This document shows, piece after piece, positions 55,452 to 64,000 of a stretch of 64,000 nt of DNA. The notes beneath the pieces were generated by a model. It was given only the letters and a program-made list of their open reading frames with translations. It did not search any database and was not told where the DNA came from. Source of the DNA: a virus; the IMG/VR virus record IMGVR_UViG_3300010883_000003, positions 1 through 64,000 of that record; one strand, given 5' to 3'. The translations under genes were made by a program, and so were the position numbers. Each line of letters starts with the position of its first letter. Position 1 is the stretch's first letter.

Positions 55452-58400
55452 AAAAGATTATATTCCCGAAGGTTCTGGTACAGAAGGTCAGTTTAAAGAG
55501 GGCGATGATCTAAAAAACTCTTCAAAAGATACTCTAGGCTCATTTTTGAGCGCAAAAACAACTAACGCTGCTACACTTAATGAGTTCCCTATAGAAGACG
55601 CACCGCGTACTGAAATTTCGTTACAAGGGTCCGCTGGTCGTCCTGCAGAGTTCACAACAGGTGGCCAGGATGGAAACCCTGGCTTTACGAATACATTCCC
55701 TTCTGGACCAGGTTCTTCCGAAACCAGTGTGAGCGATTTTGACACACTAAGCGATTCTGGGAAAATTGAAACGCTTTCCGATGTATTAAACAAAAACGCA
55801 CAGTCTGATGGACATTCACTTCTTAGGGATATCGTTTCGAATCGCCAGCCTGGTGAACCCGGTATCGGCGCTACTGCCGGTGCTAGCGCAGCAGCAGATC
55901 CAACCAAAGCCACTCCGCTGCAGAAAAAAATATCGTCGATGTTAAAGATGGGTAATAGATTTGATCCAACTCCTGGTTCATCACCCTATATAGAGGATGG
56001 ACAGTTTACAGAACCAGGGATCCCTATAGAGCAAGGAGCGTTTGGTGTATACAATGACGATGCTGTAAGAACATCACTTGAAGATCTGCACAAGATATCT
56101 TCATCTATGCTAGTTCGACAAGCTGGACATGCATATGGTAACACAGATCCGGAAAGCGTGAGTAGTTTGTCAACCACGGGTGTTCAGATGGGCAGCGAAA
56201 AAGTTGGCGTATCTAGGTTAAGACCTCGGAATGCTTATAACGCACCCTCAAAAATAGATCTGCAAAATGCCGAACTAAGATTTGATGATCTGACGGGAGA
56301 CGCGTTACTAGATAAAGAGTCTTACGGTGTCTTATCGACATATAAAGAGCCGTTTGGCAAAGCCCCTCTAGCAAATATGAATACCGCGCTACAGTCACTG
56401 GCGGAGTATCTTGTAGGTGCTGCTGTTTTTACTGCCATTACTTCGCTGGTCGAGGTTCTTGAAGTAGGTACCGCTACCCCCTTGCCAGGAAAGCCTCACA
56501 CGTTAAAGAAGGGTTCTTGGAAAAAAGAGCCGGCACAGTTGCGTATGATTCGTCAACTAGGGTTCCCATCCCTAGACCGTCCCGCGTGGTTATGCTTTTG
56601 TTATGGCTTAGGGGCATTTTTAAAGCTTCCGCCCTCCGCCTTACCTGACCCATCTGGACCGCCACCTCCTATTCCAGGCGGCTGGACAGCCGTAGGCGCA
56701 TGGTTCACAGGTGTTTTGGCGGATGCCGACTCTGTCTTCTTTAACATGCTGTATGGGGCTGGATATTACGCAAACATTATGCGGGTAATGAGAAGAGATT
56801 TAGAGACTATGCTAGAAGAAATAGAACTAGCTACATCTTCCTCAGGTCCAGATCCAGCGATTATAATGTTTAATATGATAACTAGTCTAAACAGCTATCC
56901 GGCTTGGAATTTCTTTACAGCGATACTAAGAATGGGCGATGTATGGTTATCATCATACGAAAGACACATCAGATTCGCCAGTATGAATACCACAGGTCAG
57001 ACCCGCCAGAGACTTAGTCGAGATCCGGGGGGATCAAAAGGTCTGGCATGGAGGCATAGCAGTGCTCCAGCATTAACTCTGTTAAACGAAAAATATGTAA
57101 ATGCGTCTACGGTGTTTGGTTATGATCCTACGTTTATGCAACAACTGCATAATACTATAGGAGATACTTATTCTAGAAGTGATAAGAGCCCGTATAAAGA
57201 CAGTGGTAAAAGAGGTACTCAAGCGAGAGGACTATTTGCAAGTAAGCCGCAGGCAGGAAAAAGATACACATCAGAACAAGTCACGGAAATAGAAAATGAG
57301 CTTGATGCAGAGTATTGCCCGTTTTATCTACATGATCTAAGGACTAATGAAGTTCTTGGGTTCCATGCTTTCTTAGGTGACTTAAAAGATTCGTATTCAA
57401 TATCTTATGCCGAGTCTGGTGGATATGGCAGGATTGATAAAGTCAAGATATACCAAGATACGACTAGATCTATAAGCTTGAGCTGGACCATGGTCGCAAC
57501 AAGTCCTTCAGACTTTGATTCTATGTGGTGGAGCTTAAATAAGCTTATATCTATGATATACCCACAGTTTTCGATGGGTAAGCCTGTTACGGCTGGTAGC
57601 AAAAAGTTCATTATGCCATTCTCTCAAATTCCAACTGCTAGTCCTGTTTTGAGACTGAGAGTTGGTGATGTAATTCGTAGCAATTATAGCAGATTTAATC
57701 TAGCTAGAATATTCGGTCTAAGTGAGGTAATGCCGGCACCAGACACCGAAGCCGGCGCCACGAGTGGGACTGGTCCAGCCGGCGCAGAGTTTAGGGCAAT
57801 CGCCGGCGCCACGTTTGATATATCTGCAACAGCAAAGGTGGATTCTGCTACCGCAGCTGCGTCAAGCGCAACAGCTACCGCGGCGTCGACTCACGCGGAT
57901 GCTTTAATTGCGAGGTTTAAAGATGAGCCATCATCGTACTCTGACGTTAAGCAGGGCTTTTTACCAGGTGACCCAACCTGGGGTAAAGCTACACTCAAGC
58001 CCGGTGCATATACAACATATGATACTAAAGCCGGTAATGTGGTAGAGGTCACAGACGGTACTGCATCACCAGAATTAGCAAAAAATAAGCACACCGCAAA
58101 CACACCTGATACTGGAGCGACCCACGTCTCCACCGTACCGTTTGTTAGTAGGCCTTCAGCTGCGGGTACAGTCACTATCTGTGAGAGAATTGTTGTACCG
58201 CCTAACACCGGCGATGCTATAGACCAAGATTCTGACGAAGCAAAAGAAAAGCCTCACGCAGAATATTACGTTCAATATGTTAACCAAGATGATGAAGCTG
58301 ATCCTTATGGCAAAGCTTCAGACAAACGTCACTTTCACACATATGTTGTTACTTCTGCGGATTTAGATCCTATTCCGCCACCTCCCCCCGCCGCAACACT

Positions 58401-58857
58401 ACCAGCTGATTCTACAGTAACTCTCTCCGATCAAATAACAGACGTTGGTGACTTTTTTAAGCCCGAAAATAACGCGATAGTAAGATCATTCGAAGCTGCC
58501 GGCGGCCGTGGTCTCGCTGGTGTTATAACAAGCTTTGATATGGATTGGGGTGAAGCACAATGGGACATGAGTGGGATAGGTAGACGAGCACCAACTATGT
58601 TAAATATCTCCATATCATTTAGCCCAATCCATGATATCATACCAGGTCTTGATAACAACGGTATGATGCGCGCCATAAACTATCCAGTCGGTAATATAGC
58701 AGGACCTCTAGGCACAGACTTTTACGATAAGGGTGGCATAAAAAACGATTCAATTGCAACTACAGGTAGGATACCCGGTTCCGATTCACCTAACGACGCC
58801 GCGAGAGAAAATTATGTTAAATTCGCAAAATCTGCTAAAATGCCTGGAGGAGAATAA
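55441..58857 (+). CDS. Baseplate/tail-tube initiator-like protein with large insertions
   Basis: PFYLHDLRTNE..F.AFL..L.DSY..SY....YGRID.VKIYQ.TTRSISLSW and GVITS..MDW..W..P tube-fold motifs. Start set at ATG 55441. Confidence 0.6.
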   Translation: MANEKDYIPEGSGTEGQFKEGDDLKNSSKDTLGSFLSAKTTNAATLNEFPIEDAPRTEISLQGSAGRPAEFTTGGQDGNPGFTNTFPSGPGSSETSVSDFDTLSDSGKIETLSDVLNKNAQSDGHSLLRDIVSNRQPGEPGIGATAGASAAADPTKATPLQKKISSMLKMGNRFDPTPGSSPYIEDGQFTEPGIPIEQGAFGVYNDDAVRTSLEDLHKISSSMLVRQAGHAYGNTDPESVSSLSTTGVQMGSEKVGVSRLRPRNAYNAPSKIDLQNAELRFDDLTGDALLDKESYGVLSTYKEPFGKAPLANMNTALQSLAEYLVGAAVFTAITSLVEVLEVGTATPLPGKPHTLKKGSWKKEPAQLRMIRQLGFPSLDRPAWLCFCYGLGAFLKLPPSALPDPSGPPPPIPGGWTAVGAWFTGVLADADSVFFNMLYGAGYYANIMRVMRRDLETMLEEIELATSSSGPDPAIIMFNMITSLNSYPAWNFFTAILRMGDVWLSSYERHIRFASMNTTGQTRQRLSRDPGGSKGLAWRHSSAPALTLLNEKYVNASTVFGYDPTFMQQLHNTIGDTYSRSDKSPYKDSGKRGTQARGLFASKPQAGKRYTSEQVTEIENELDAEYCPFYLHDLRTNEVLGFHAFLGDLKDSYSISYAESGGYGRIDKVKIYQDTTRSISLSWTMVATSPSDFDSMWWSLNKLISMIYPQFSMGKPVTAGSKKFIMPFSQIPTASPVLRLRVGDVIRSNYSRFNLARIFGLSEVMPAPDTEAGATSGTGPAGAEFRAIAGATFDISATAKVDSATAAASSATATAASTHADALIARFKDEPSSYSDVKQGFLPGDPTWGKATLKPGAYTTYDTKAGNVVEVTDGTASPELAKNKHTANTPDTGATHVSTVPFVSRPSAAGTVTICERIVVPPNTGDAIDQDSDEAKEKPHAEYYVQYVNQDDEADPYGKASDKRHFHTYVVTSADLDPIPPPPPAATLPADSTVTLSDQITDVGDFFKPENNAIVRSFEAAGGRGLAGVITSFDMDWGEAQWDMSGIGRRAPTMLNISISFSPIHDIIPGLDNNGMMRAINYPVGNIAGPLGTDFYDKGGIKNDSIATTGRIPGSDSPNDAARENYVKFAKSAKMPGGE

Positions 58858-59150
58858 TGGCCACTAGATACCGTCGCGCCCCTAAGCTTAGAGGTGGTAA
58901 ATCATACGGCACGTACGCAGCTGGTAATGTAATATACAGAGCATGTCAACAAAGCGCAATTGCATATACTACGTATGTAACGAAAGAAAGCGAAAGGCTT
59001 GACATCATCGCTGGTGAGCACTACGACGATGGTAACCTATGGTGGGTCATAGCTGCTGCAAGTAGCATCGGGTGGGGTCTACAAGTTCCTCCAGGCACGC
59101 AATTGTTAATACCCACAGATTTAGCACAAATAGAAGCGTTGATAGGTTAA
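58857..59150 (+). CDS. LysM-like baseplate wedge protein (gp53/gpX-like)
   Basis: ERLDIIAGEHYDDGNLWWVIA..S..PGTQLLIP. Confidence 0.85.
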   Translation: MATRYRRAPKLRGGKSYGTYAAGNVIYRACQQSAIAYTTYVTKESERLDIIAGEHYDDGNLWWVIAAASSIGWGLQVPPGTQLLIPTDLAQIEALIG

Positions 59151-59153
59151 GCA

Positions 59154-62100
59154 ATGGCAATTTACGACTCAAAACTTGCTATGATTGTAGAGGCGTTAGG
59201 TCGCTACTATAGCGTTGTGTCAAAAGAGAAGTTTATGTCTATTCTCGCATTCGGCGACGACAATGCTATAAGCTCATTTGGCTCTGTAAACCTTGATCCA
59301 ACACCAGAAATGAATAAACTAGTTCGTACGTTCACTGATGCTACTGAAGGCGGCGTCATTATGACAAAGAACTTTACTGCTCTTAAAGATATTGCTACAG
59401 GTGATGAAGCTGGAGAGATTGAGCAAATGGCTCAAAAATTGTACCGATATGTTGGTGAGCCTTCTGCATTTGAAACTATATGGGACTCTTCGTGGACAAA
59501 AGTTTGTTCTCAAATAAGCGTATCTGATTTTTGCAAGATATCACCCGGTACCGATGGCAGCAGAGATGGGACCATTAACGGTGCGTTTGCTTCACCAACT
59601 AAATTTACACCTAATCTATGTGCACTAGAAGTAAAGAACCCTAAGTTAGTTCCAGCAGCAAGAGATTCCGGCGCAGCTGGTCTTTTCATGAATTGTATAC
59701 CTACTCTAGAATTCTCAAGACTTCAACCGCATCTGGATATTACGCTAGTGTCGCCCAGGGATGGGATGAGTGATTCCGGAAAAATTCAGTCTATTGGCTT
59801 AATGCAGCATCTTATTGGTCAAAGTCAACCTTCATCAGATGCTAATAAAAGTCTAGCGTCAGCAGTTGACGAAAGCGCTGTCCAAGGAATGCTTGAGGCA
59901 GCGGATGCCGACGCAGCTGCTGGCGGGGCAGATACTCAAGTATCATCAGCCGATATTGCTGTTTCCACGGCAGGAATGGAGATGTTTACAGCACCCCAGA
60001 CGTTGGTCCCCCATATAAATGGTCAACTAGAAACCTATGGCGACTATGAGTCGTTTTCAAACGTGATAGGAGACGATGGTGAGCCTATTTCATCAGGTGG
60101 CCGCCGCGGCGCAGCAATAATAGACCCATTTCGCCCTCTTATGAGTATCGAAGGTTTTGCAATAACAGTGAGCCCTTCACGTGGTATGATGTCTCATAAG
60201 ACTGCTGAACTATCACTTACACTACATGATCGGTCTAGACTATCTGAGGTTGCTGAATTTGTAAAGCCTGATCTATATGGTCACAGTGAGTTAATGATAA
60301 CGTACGGGTGGTCTCATCCTGACGACTCTGCCTCGACTTCTACAGACGGTGTCAGGTCTGGTAATTTTTATGGTTCTTTCTTAAATGCCATGAAGGTCAC
60401 TGAAAAATACATGATAGTCAATAGTAGCTTTAGCTTTGATGAAGTAGGACAAGTTAAAATTAAGCTTAAGCTTTCTATGAAAGGTGCTAGCAATCTAGAC
60501 ACGAATAATATAGGTCAAGGCGAAGATGTTGAGACTGCCGTCCAAGCCTTACAAGATATGGTGGAAGTGATTAGGCAACTGAAAGCAACTGCAATATCTG
60601 AGGCATCCTCAATGGGCGGCGGTAGCGAAGCCAGAGATGTGTTCGGTGAATCTTTCTTTTCCGCCGCTTCCGACACTAGTCGAGCGATGACTATAGATGA
60701 AGAAACCCAAAAAGCATTAAAGAAATACATCTCTGATAACAGAGGCGCAAGTGGGACAACAGGAGAGCTAGCAGGCACACTTGAAAATATGTTTGGTAGC
60801 GATGGGACCGGTGGCGCTGTCGAGGCGTTGCAAAAAACGATAGCCGACGCAATCTCTGCTAAGATGTCTCATCTTGTTTCACTGCGCACCGCGAATAAAG
60901 ATCCATTTGCTAAAACAATAACTGGTAATGAAGGAAGCACGAAGTACGTAAATATAACTAAAAGATCTTCAAAACACGTATCTCTCGGCGCCCTTGTCAT
61001 GTATATGGTTGGAAAGCCTTTAGCATCGACAAAGAGATTTGACGAAATCCAGTTTATATTTTATCCTGTAAATGATAAAGCATCGTATATTAAAGACTGT
61101 ACGACGGCTGAAATTCCTATAAACATGGTGGATTTTCAAAAGACTTTTAAAGAAAATACGAAAACTTCTATAAATCTGCCTCTTGGTCGTTTTATGAGCA
61201 TGGTCGGTAAAGAATTCGTGCATAATCAGGCTTCTGAAGCATACGGTCTTGCAGCACTATATGACACAGATGAAGAGGGAAAAAAGAAGGTTAAGGAAGA
61301 CCTCTCCGAAGATCCTACAAAGCTAAACGATGAAAAGAAAAAACGTCTTGAAGATGCTTACGGTATGGAGGCAGACATGGAATTCAAGATGCCACGAATA
61401 AGGTTTCATCTTGAAGCCGTTCCAGCAAAAGAAACAGGTCACGACGAAGGTCGCCGCTCCACTATACTAAGGATACATGTATACGACTCTGTTTGCACTC
61501 CCCACACTGCTTTAGGAAAATTAATGGCCGCCTCAAGGTCAAACTCACTGGGGTTATTAACTTCCGCCGCCAGCAAAGCTGCTAGACCACCGACGCCAGA
61601 TACAGATAGCGACGAAGCAGAGGTGTCTGTATCCCACGCCGATGCATTTTATGATGAGCTACAAAAAGCGCTGGACTATGGTCTTCTAGAGGCTGTTCCG
61701 TCGCTCTCTGAAGATGATACATCGGGCTATGATCCAGCGACCCAGCCAAATACGTATTTTCGTGTAAAGGGCGGATTCAAGGCGTTGAAAAACTTTATGC
61801 AAGCCTCAATGCCTACCATAATATACGGTAGTACAAACTCTGCTGTTCTGTCAGCAGACGTTGCTTCTATGAATAATCCTAAGCTGGCATCTATGAATAT
61901 GATGAGAAGTGGCATGGGCGGCGGCACGACAGCTCAAGGCGCCCGAGACGCCGGCGTACCTCTTCAAACAGCGCCCGTTACTCTTTCATTAACGACACTA
62001 GGGTGTCCAGTAGTCAGCTATGGCCAGAGCTTCTTTGTAGATTTTGGTACTGGGACGACAGTAGATAATGTCTTTGTAGTTTCTGGAATAAGTCATACAA

Positions 62101-62225
62101 TACAAAAAGGTAAGTTTGAAACAAAGTTAAAGATGACCCAAGTGGATGCTTTCGGTAAGTACGCTAGTATGATGGGTAACGTTACTAAGGCGCTAACAGC
62201 ATTATCCGAAAGCAAAGAAGAATAA
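59154..62225 (+). CDS. Putative baseplate hub protein (gp27-like)
   Basis: Follows the LysM protein. C-terminal LTTLGCP..YGQ.FFVDFGTGT.VDN.F.V.GISH.I..GKFET.L hub-like motif and ITYGWSHP. Confidence 0.6.
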   Translation: MAIYDSKLAMIVEALGRYYSVVSKEKFMSILAFGDDNAISSFGSVNLDPTPEMNKLVRTFTDATEGGVIMTKNFTALKDIATGDEAGEIEQMAQKLYRYVGEPSAFETIWDSSWTKVCSQISVSDFCKISPGTDGSRDGTINGAFASPTKFTPNLCALEVKNPKLVPAARDSGAAGLFMNCIPTLEFSRLQPHLDITLVSPRDGMSDSGKIQSIGLMQHLIGQSQPSSDANKSLASAVDESAVQGMLEAADADAAAGGADTQVSSADIAVSTAGMEMFTAPQTLVPHINGQLETYGDYESFSNVIGDDGEPISSGGRRGAAIIDPFRPLMSIEGFAITVSPSRGMMSHKTAELSLTLHDRSRLSEVAEFVKPDLYGHSELMITYGWSHPDDSASTSTDGVRSGNFYGSFLNAMKVTEKYMIVNSSFSFDEVGQVKIKLKLSMKGASNLDTNNIGQGEDVETAVQALQDMVEVIRQLKATAISEASSMGGGSEARDVFGESFFSAASDTSRAMTIDEETQKALKKYISDNRGASGTTGELAGTLENMFGSDGTGGAVEALQKTIADAISAKMSHLVSLRTANKDPFAKTITGNEGSTKYVNITKRSSKHVSLGALVMYMVGKPLASTKRFDEIQFIFYPVNDKASYIKDCTTAEIPINMVDFQKTFKENTKTSINLPLGRFMSMVGKEFVHNQASEAYGLAALYDTDEEGKKKVKEDLSEDPTKLNDEKKKRLEDAYGMEADMEFKMPRIRFHLEAVPAKETGHDEGRRSTILRIHVYDSVCTPHTALGKLMAASRSNSLGLLTSAASKAARPPTPDTDSDEAEVSVSHADAFYDELQKALDYGLLEAVPSLSEDDTSGYDPATQPNTYFRVKGGFKALKNFMQASMPTIIYGSTNSAVLSADVASMNNPKLASMNMMRSGMGGGTTAQGARDAGVPLQTAPVTLSLTTLGCPVVSYGQSFFVDFGTGTTVDNVFVVSGISHTIQKGKFETKLKMTQVDAFGKYASMMGNVTKALTALSESKEE

Positions 62226-62232
62226 CTTACAC

Positions 62233-62261
62233 TTGAAAATAAGTTCGCGTTATGATATAAT
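62233..62261 (+). promoter_or_regulatory. Sigma70-type promoter (leaderless transcript)
   Basis: TTGAAA (62233-62238), 17 bp, TG-n-TATAAT (62253-62261). The ATG lies only 5 nt downstream and has no SD. Confidence 0.75.
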
Positions 62262-62266
62262 CTACT

Positions 62267-63454
62267 ATGTCTATCCTTATTAACAAACATATTATAGGTT
62301 CTTCCTATCACGCAGCACTTGACGGTGAGTTGTTAAGCTGGTCTGATAATAAGGAGACAGGTTATCGTTATGGATTCGAAGGCGCTCAAAATTCAATTGA
62401 ACCTTTGTTGACTTTGTTTGCATGTCAGCAACCTTCTTTAGTTCCTACTCCGGTTATTAATTCGTTTAAGGAATGCGGATATAACTCGGCGCCATGGAGC
62501 AAAGTTATACCTCCAAAAAAGTTTAAGAAGCTGTTTATGGAGTTTATATCAGAGATGCAGACAGCTATCGGTATTATAGATCATAGTGAGTACCCTAGTT
62601 TCTTTATTGAGACAAACAAGCTATTTTCATATCTTGGATCTAGTACAGTTTCTAAAGCAAGGTGTGATAGCTACCTTAAAGTAAACGATAACCACTCTCT
62701 TAAAGCGATAACAGGTATGCTTAAAGGTAATAAGCTTCCAGTCCCGCTATATAACAGGGTCTCGACTAAGACCGGTCGCTTAACAATAAAAGCTGGACCG
62801 CAAATACTAACACTAAAGAAAGACTTTAGATCAATATTTATTCCGAGTATACCGGGTAATAAGCTATATGAGATAGATTTTACTTCTCTTGAGCCACGTG
62901 TGGCCTTGAATATAGCAGGAAAGCAGGCAGACACAGACGTGTACACTTCTTTTTCTGTAAGTAGCGGTTTCGATATACCTCGCGACGTTTCCAAGCTGGC
63001 TACTCTTTGTGCCTTGTACGGAGCCGGAACTTCAAAACTAGAAAGTGTTTTACGTACAAACGATCACAAGATAACAGCAAAAAGATTGCTCAAAGAAGTT
63101 AAGCAGTACTTTCAAATTTCTTCCTTGTCAAAGTCTCTAAGATCTCAAGCATCAGCTGGAACAATAACAAACTGCTTTGGTCGACCCATTATAGTCGACG
63201 ATGCGCGAGATTCTATTTTGGTTAATAACTTCTTACAGTCTTCAGCTACTGACATTGCCCTACTTGGTTTTTTAGATTTTTGTGAAACGTTAAAAGACAT
63301 CGTCAAGCCCATATTTATTATTCATGATGCTTTAATTTTCGAAGCTGATCCTGAGCAATTAGGACCGGTAGTTGAATACGTAAACAGCGGATTTGAGTTA
63401 AAAGAAATGGGAAATTTTCCACTAAAAATTTCGGAGTTTAGTTCTAATGAATGA
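62267..63454 (+). CDS. Minimal family A DNA polymerase-like protein
   Basis: TKTGRL, motif A EIDFTSLEPRV, motif B RDVSKLATLCALYG, TNCFGRPI, NNFLQSSATD and motif C IHDALIF. Only 395 aa, no recognisable exonuclease motifs. Confidence 0.85.
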   Translation: MSILINKHIIGSSYHAALDGELLSWSDNKETGYRYGFEGAQNSIEPLLTLFACQQPSLVPTPVINSFKECGYNSAPWSKVIPPKKFKKLFMEFISEMQTAIGIIDHSEYPSFFIETNKLFSYLGSSTVSKARCDSYLKVNDNHSLKAITGMLKGNKLPVPLYNRVSTKTGRLTIKAGPQILTLKKDFRSIFIPSIPGNKLYEIDFTSLEPRVALNIAGKQADTDVYTSFSVSSGFDIPRDVSKLATLCALYGAGTSKLESVLRTNDHKITAKRLLKEVKQYFQISSLSKSLRSQASAGTITNCFGRPIIVDDARDSILVNNFLQSSATDIALLGFLDFCETLKDIVKPIFIIHDALIFEADPEQLGPVVEYVNSGFELKEMGNFPLKISEFSSNE

Positions 63455-64000
63455 AGATAAGTTAAGAGTTTATATACGTAAGATGTTAGCTGAGGGACCA
63501 GATGTACCTGCGACAGATGATAAAGAAAAGAAACCACCCTCAAAACGCAAAAAGAAAAAAGCTGATACTGCACCAGGCGAAATTGGTGTCACTGCCGGTA
63601 GAGGTAGCTGGAGTAAGTCTGTAAAGGAAGCCGGCGCTCTTGCTGAAGAGGCTCCTGATGAACTTATGAGTAATCTTGGTATTAAAAATGCTGCATCCGG
63701 ATTTGCTGGAATTTCAAAACTGCTAAATCAAGCATTTAAAGAATCTGATGTTATGAAGCGCTCATACGGAGGAATTTCTAACGTAACACAAGGAAAAAGC
63801 AAGGGAATTATGATCTCTATGGGCGAGCTAGACAGCCGTAATGGTGCAAAATATCTTCACCACACGCTGATCGGCGCCCAGAACGCTGGAAAGCTATCTC
63901 TTGACGTGCCTGTGCAGATCCAGCGAATTGACACCGGTACGGTAGTTATTCACTCTTCACCTATGAAAAATTCATGGGTTGTAAAAGATAAAAAGCAAGA
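63447..64000 (+). CDS. Hypothetical protein, 3'-truncated by the window edge
   Basis: ATG at 63447 opens a frame (MNEDKLRVYIRKMLAEGPDVP...) with no stop before 64000. Absent from the ORF track because it is truncated. Confidence 0.75.
   Translation, partial: MNEDKLRVYIRKMLAEGPDVPATDDKEKKPPSKRKKKKADTAPGEIGVTAGRGSWSKSVKEAGALAEEAPDELMSNLGIKNAASGFAGISKLLNQAFKESDVMKRSYGGISNVTQGKSKGIMISMGELDSRNGAKYLHHTLIGAQNAGKLSLDVPVQIQRIDTGTVVIHSSPMKNSWVVKDKKQ

Noticed and set aside
42232-62225. Bacterial contractile injection system (eCIS/tailocin) instead of a phage
   Set aside because: Terminase, portal, protease, scaffold and major capsid genes are present, indicating a complete tailed phage.
941-63573. Numerous minus-strand ORFs of 60-170 aa in the ORF track
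   Set aside because: All are antisense shadows of long plus-strand genes, with no RBS or recognisable motifs.
1-64000. Alternative genetic code (stop-codon reassignment), as seen in some large phages
   Set aside because: TAA, TAG and TGA all end recognisable genes at expected C-termini, and coding density is already very high in the standard code.
1-64000. tRNA genes, CRISPR arrays, integrase or transposase
   Set aside because: Intergenic spaces are short, and none shows a cloverleaf, repeat-spacer pattern or recombinase motifs.

Overview
A 64 kb, entirely plus-strand, gene-dense segment of a large T4-like (contractile-tailed) bacteriophage genome read in the standard code. Gene order: Ser/Thr/Gly-rich tail-fibre/baseplate-periphery genes (1-20.9 kb); a RuvC-like resolvase, DNA primase and a single-chain Mre11-Rad50 (gp47-gp46) fusion; large terminase, portal, prohead protease, small head proteins, scaffold and major capsid protein; two paralogous putative decoration proteins; neck proteins; two tandem tail sheaths; tail tube; a tail chaperone with an apparent +1 programmed frameshift; tape measure; baseplate hub proteins; and a minimal family-A DNA polymerase. 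Signals the gene list does not explain: a recurring intergenic ATA-N-TTA late-promoter-like motif, a nested promoter+RBS inside the scaffold gene, two structured RNA-like leaders, a pervasive [ST]-[GAS]-S motif in surface-exposed virion proteins (candidate modification sequon), a broken reading frame at 13.96 kb and apparent GCCGGC over-representation. No tRNA, CRISPR array, integrase or transposon was seen. All product calls rest on motifs and gene order read by eye; no database search was run.
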